Source: Macrostomum lignano
Taxonomy: Eukaryota
Assembly (NCBI GenBank): GCA_002269645.1
Contig: NIVC01000137.1
Span: forward strand, 625,177-689,176
Reading direction: 5' to 3'
DNA length: 64,000 bases
This document shows positions 62,409-64,000 of the stretch, piece after piece (position 1 is the stretch's first letter; each line of letters opens with the position of its first letter). The translations under genes and the position numbers were made by a program. The notes under the pieces were generated by a model. It worked only from the letters and a program-made list of their open reading frames with translations. It searched no databases and was not told the origin of the DNA.

Positions 62409-62458
62409 TCACTGCAGTTGGGTTAAGGAGCAAAATTTTTTTAATTGACATAAATGTA

Positions 62459-63764
62459 CGAGGGGCACTAGATGGGTTTCTAGCTGCGGTCAACATGTAA
62501 CAGTTATAAAGATGAAACTTTCAGAGCTTTTCAAAGTACTCTCCATCAGCTTGGATACACCGCCTCATCCGCTCAAACCAAGTTTCAAAGCAGTGGCGCC
62601 ACTCTGAGTGGGATACCCCCTCAACGGCCGATCTATAGGCATCAACAGCCTCTTCGGCGGAGGAAAATCGGCACCCTCGCATGGAATTCTTGATGAATGG
62701 AAATAAAAAAAAGTCACACGGTTCCAGGTCAGGTGAATATGGTGGATGACTGAGCTGCTGGAAGCCCACCGTCTGTAGAAACTCTCGAGTTCGATTCGCC
62801 GTGTGCGCACTGGCGTTGTCCTGGTGCAGCCAGAGACCTCGAACGCCGCACTTTGGCCGCGCCTCTTTAAGGCTGCTGATGACACGCGGCAGGCAGACGG
62901 TGCAGTACCAATCTGCAGTCACTGTGCGCTGGCTCTCGAGTGCTACAGTCGCAATGTGGCCAGTCTTTCGGAAGAAAGTTGCCACCATTTGCTTGCCAGT
63001 GCTCCGACCCCTGACAACCTTGGTCGGCGGGGCTTCATCTTCAAAAGCCCACACACGCGACTGGCATTTCCGCTCGGGTTCGTAGCAATACACCCACGTT
63101 TCGTCACATGTGACAATGTCTGTGACAGACTTCGACGTCCCTCCGCCAAACCTGTCCAGCATTTCCTGGCACCAGCTCATGCGGGCCTGCTTCTGCTCGG
63201 TGGTGAGCAAATGCGGCACCCAGCGACTGGTCAGCTTGCGGACAGCGAGGTGATCACGAAGGATAGAAGCGACTGTCGGCGATGAGATTCCAAGACATGC
63301 CTCAATCGTTTGATACGTCACTCGCCGATCAGCCTCAATCATGCGCCGCACGCGGTCGATAGTTTCAGGTGTCGTCACTGAAACAGGTCGGCCGGTTCGA
63401 CCTTCGTCTTCCAAGCTGTCTCGGCCACGCTTGAACTCCCGGAACCAGGCGGTGACGGTGGCGATGGATGGCGCAAGGTTAGGAAAGGCAGCAGACAGCC
63501 GCTCGTGGCACTGGTGAAATGTCAAGCCGCTCTTAAAATCGTAGAAAATCATGGCACGAAAGTGTTCACGATTGAGCTCCATTACAGTGCTGAAAGAGTC
63601 ACAGACCTTGTTGAGACAAAATGCGACAGTGAGAGAATGGTGACAATTAGGTGCATGAAACTTTGGGGACCATGATAAAACTTCTTATTCAATATGCTCA
63701 GAAAATATGGCCTAATTTGAATAAACGGTTTGACCGCAGCTAAAAACTTATCTAGTGCCCCTCG
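62459..63764 (-). mobile_element. Full-length mariner (Tc1/mariner DD34D) transposon, 1306 bp
   Basis: About 35-bp imperfect TIRs CGAGGGGCACTAGA..TTT.TAGCTGCGGTCAA; TA TSD at 62457-62458 and 63765-63766. Confidence 0.97.
62521..63582 (-). CDS. Mariner transposase, 353 aa, uninterrupted ORF
   Basis: HTH region, GRP, WVPHLL, TCDETW, HQDNA and HPPYSPDLEPCD; 34 residues counted between the second and third catalytic Asp. Confidence 0.97.
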   Translation of the reverse strand: MELNREHFRAMIFYDFKSGLTFHQCHERLSAAFPNLAPSIATVTAWFREFKRGRDSLEDEGRTGRPVSVTTPETIDRVRRMIEADRRVTYQTIEACLGISSPTVASILRDHLAVRKLTSRWVPHLLTTEQKQARMSWCQEMLDRFGGGTSKSVTDIVTCDETWVYCYEPERKCQSRVWAFEDEAPPTKVVRGRSTGKQMVATFFRKTGHIATVALESQRTVTADWYCTVCLPRVISSLKEARPKCGVRGLWLHQDNASAHTANRTREFLQTVGFQQLSHPPYSPDLEPCDFFLFPFIKNSMRGCRFSSAEEAVDAYRSAVEGVSHSEWRHCFETWFERMRRCIQADGEYFEKL

Positions 63765-64000
63765 TACCAGTGCCTATTATACTCGTATGTCTCTATAATA
63801 CCTTAATAATTCGTTTTGCTAGTGCCTATGGTAGACTGTTGGTTCTATAATTATTGAGTTAGTTATTTCAAGGAGAGAGAGTAATAGTGCTCAGAAACTT
63901 ACTAAGAGAATGGAGTGGGATAATATACAAAGAGGATTCAGAGAGAGTTGTACCGTGACCCTCTAATCTTGGCGAACGCCCGATTAAGACTGCAAACTAA

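Noticed and set aside
62565-63285. Alternative ORFs inside the mariner
   Set aside because: Shadows of the transposase ORF

Overview
Animal (eukaryotic) genomic DNA with spliceosomal introns, CAG/GGC homopolymer codons and dense minisatellites. It resembles a free-living flatworm such as Macrostomum, but that is inference only. All gene models were built by hand from splice signals and reading-frame phase. Main content: (1) an 8-exon gene at 13281-16526 (+), largely invisible in the ORF track, encoding a 360-aa type I membrane protein with signal peptide, C2/MNNL-like and DSL-like domains, no EGF repeats, and a motif-rich tail; (2) a tandem array of secreted C-type-lectin + PAN/apple-like genes (5 full copies, 1 5'-truncated copy, 1 relic) at 17.4-43.6 kb whose copies are mosaics of shared blocks; (3) a SERINC gene from 51593 (+), whose last exons lie beyond the window; (4) apparently inside a long SERINC intron and on the opposite strand, a CtIP/Sae2-like C-terminal-domain ORF and a spliced coiled-coil + BEN-domain gene, directly next to a full-length DD34D mariner with TIRs and TA TSD. 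The rest is mobile-element debris (three tRNA/CORE SINEs, an RTE fragment, a P-type transposase relic, MITEs) and more than ten micro/minisatellites. The best candidate for an undescribed system is the CtIP-like + BEN cassette; next are the mosaic lectin array and the EGF-less Notch-ligand-like protein.
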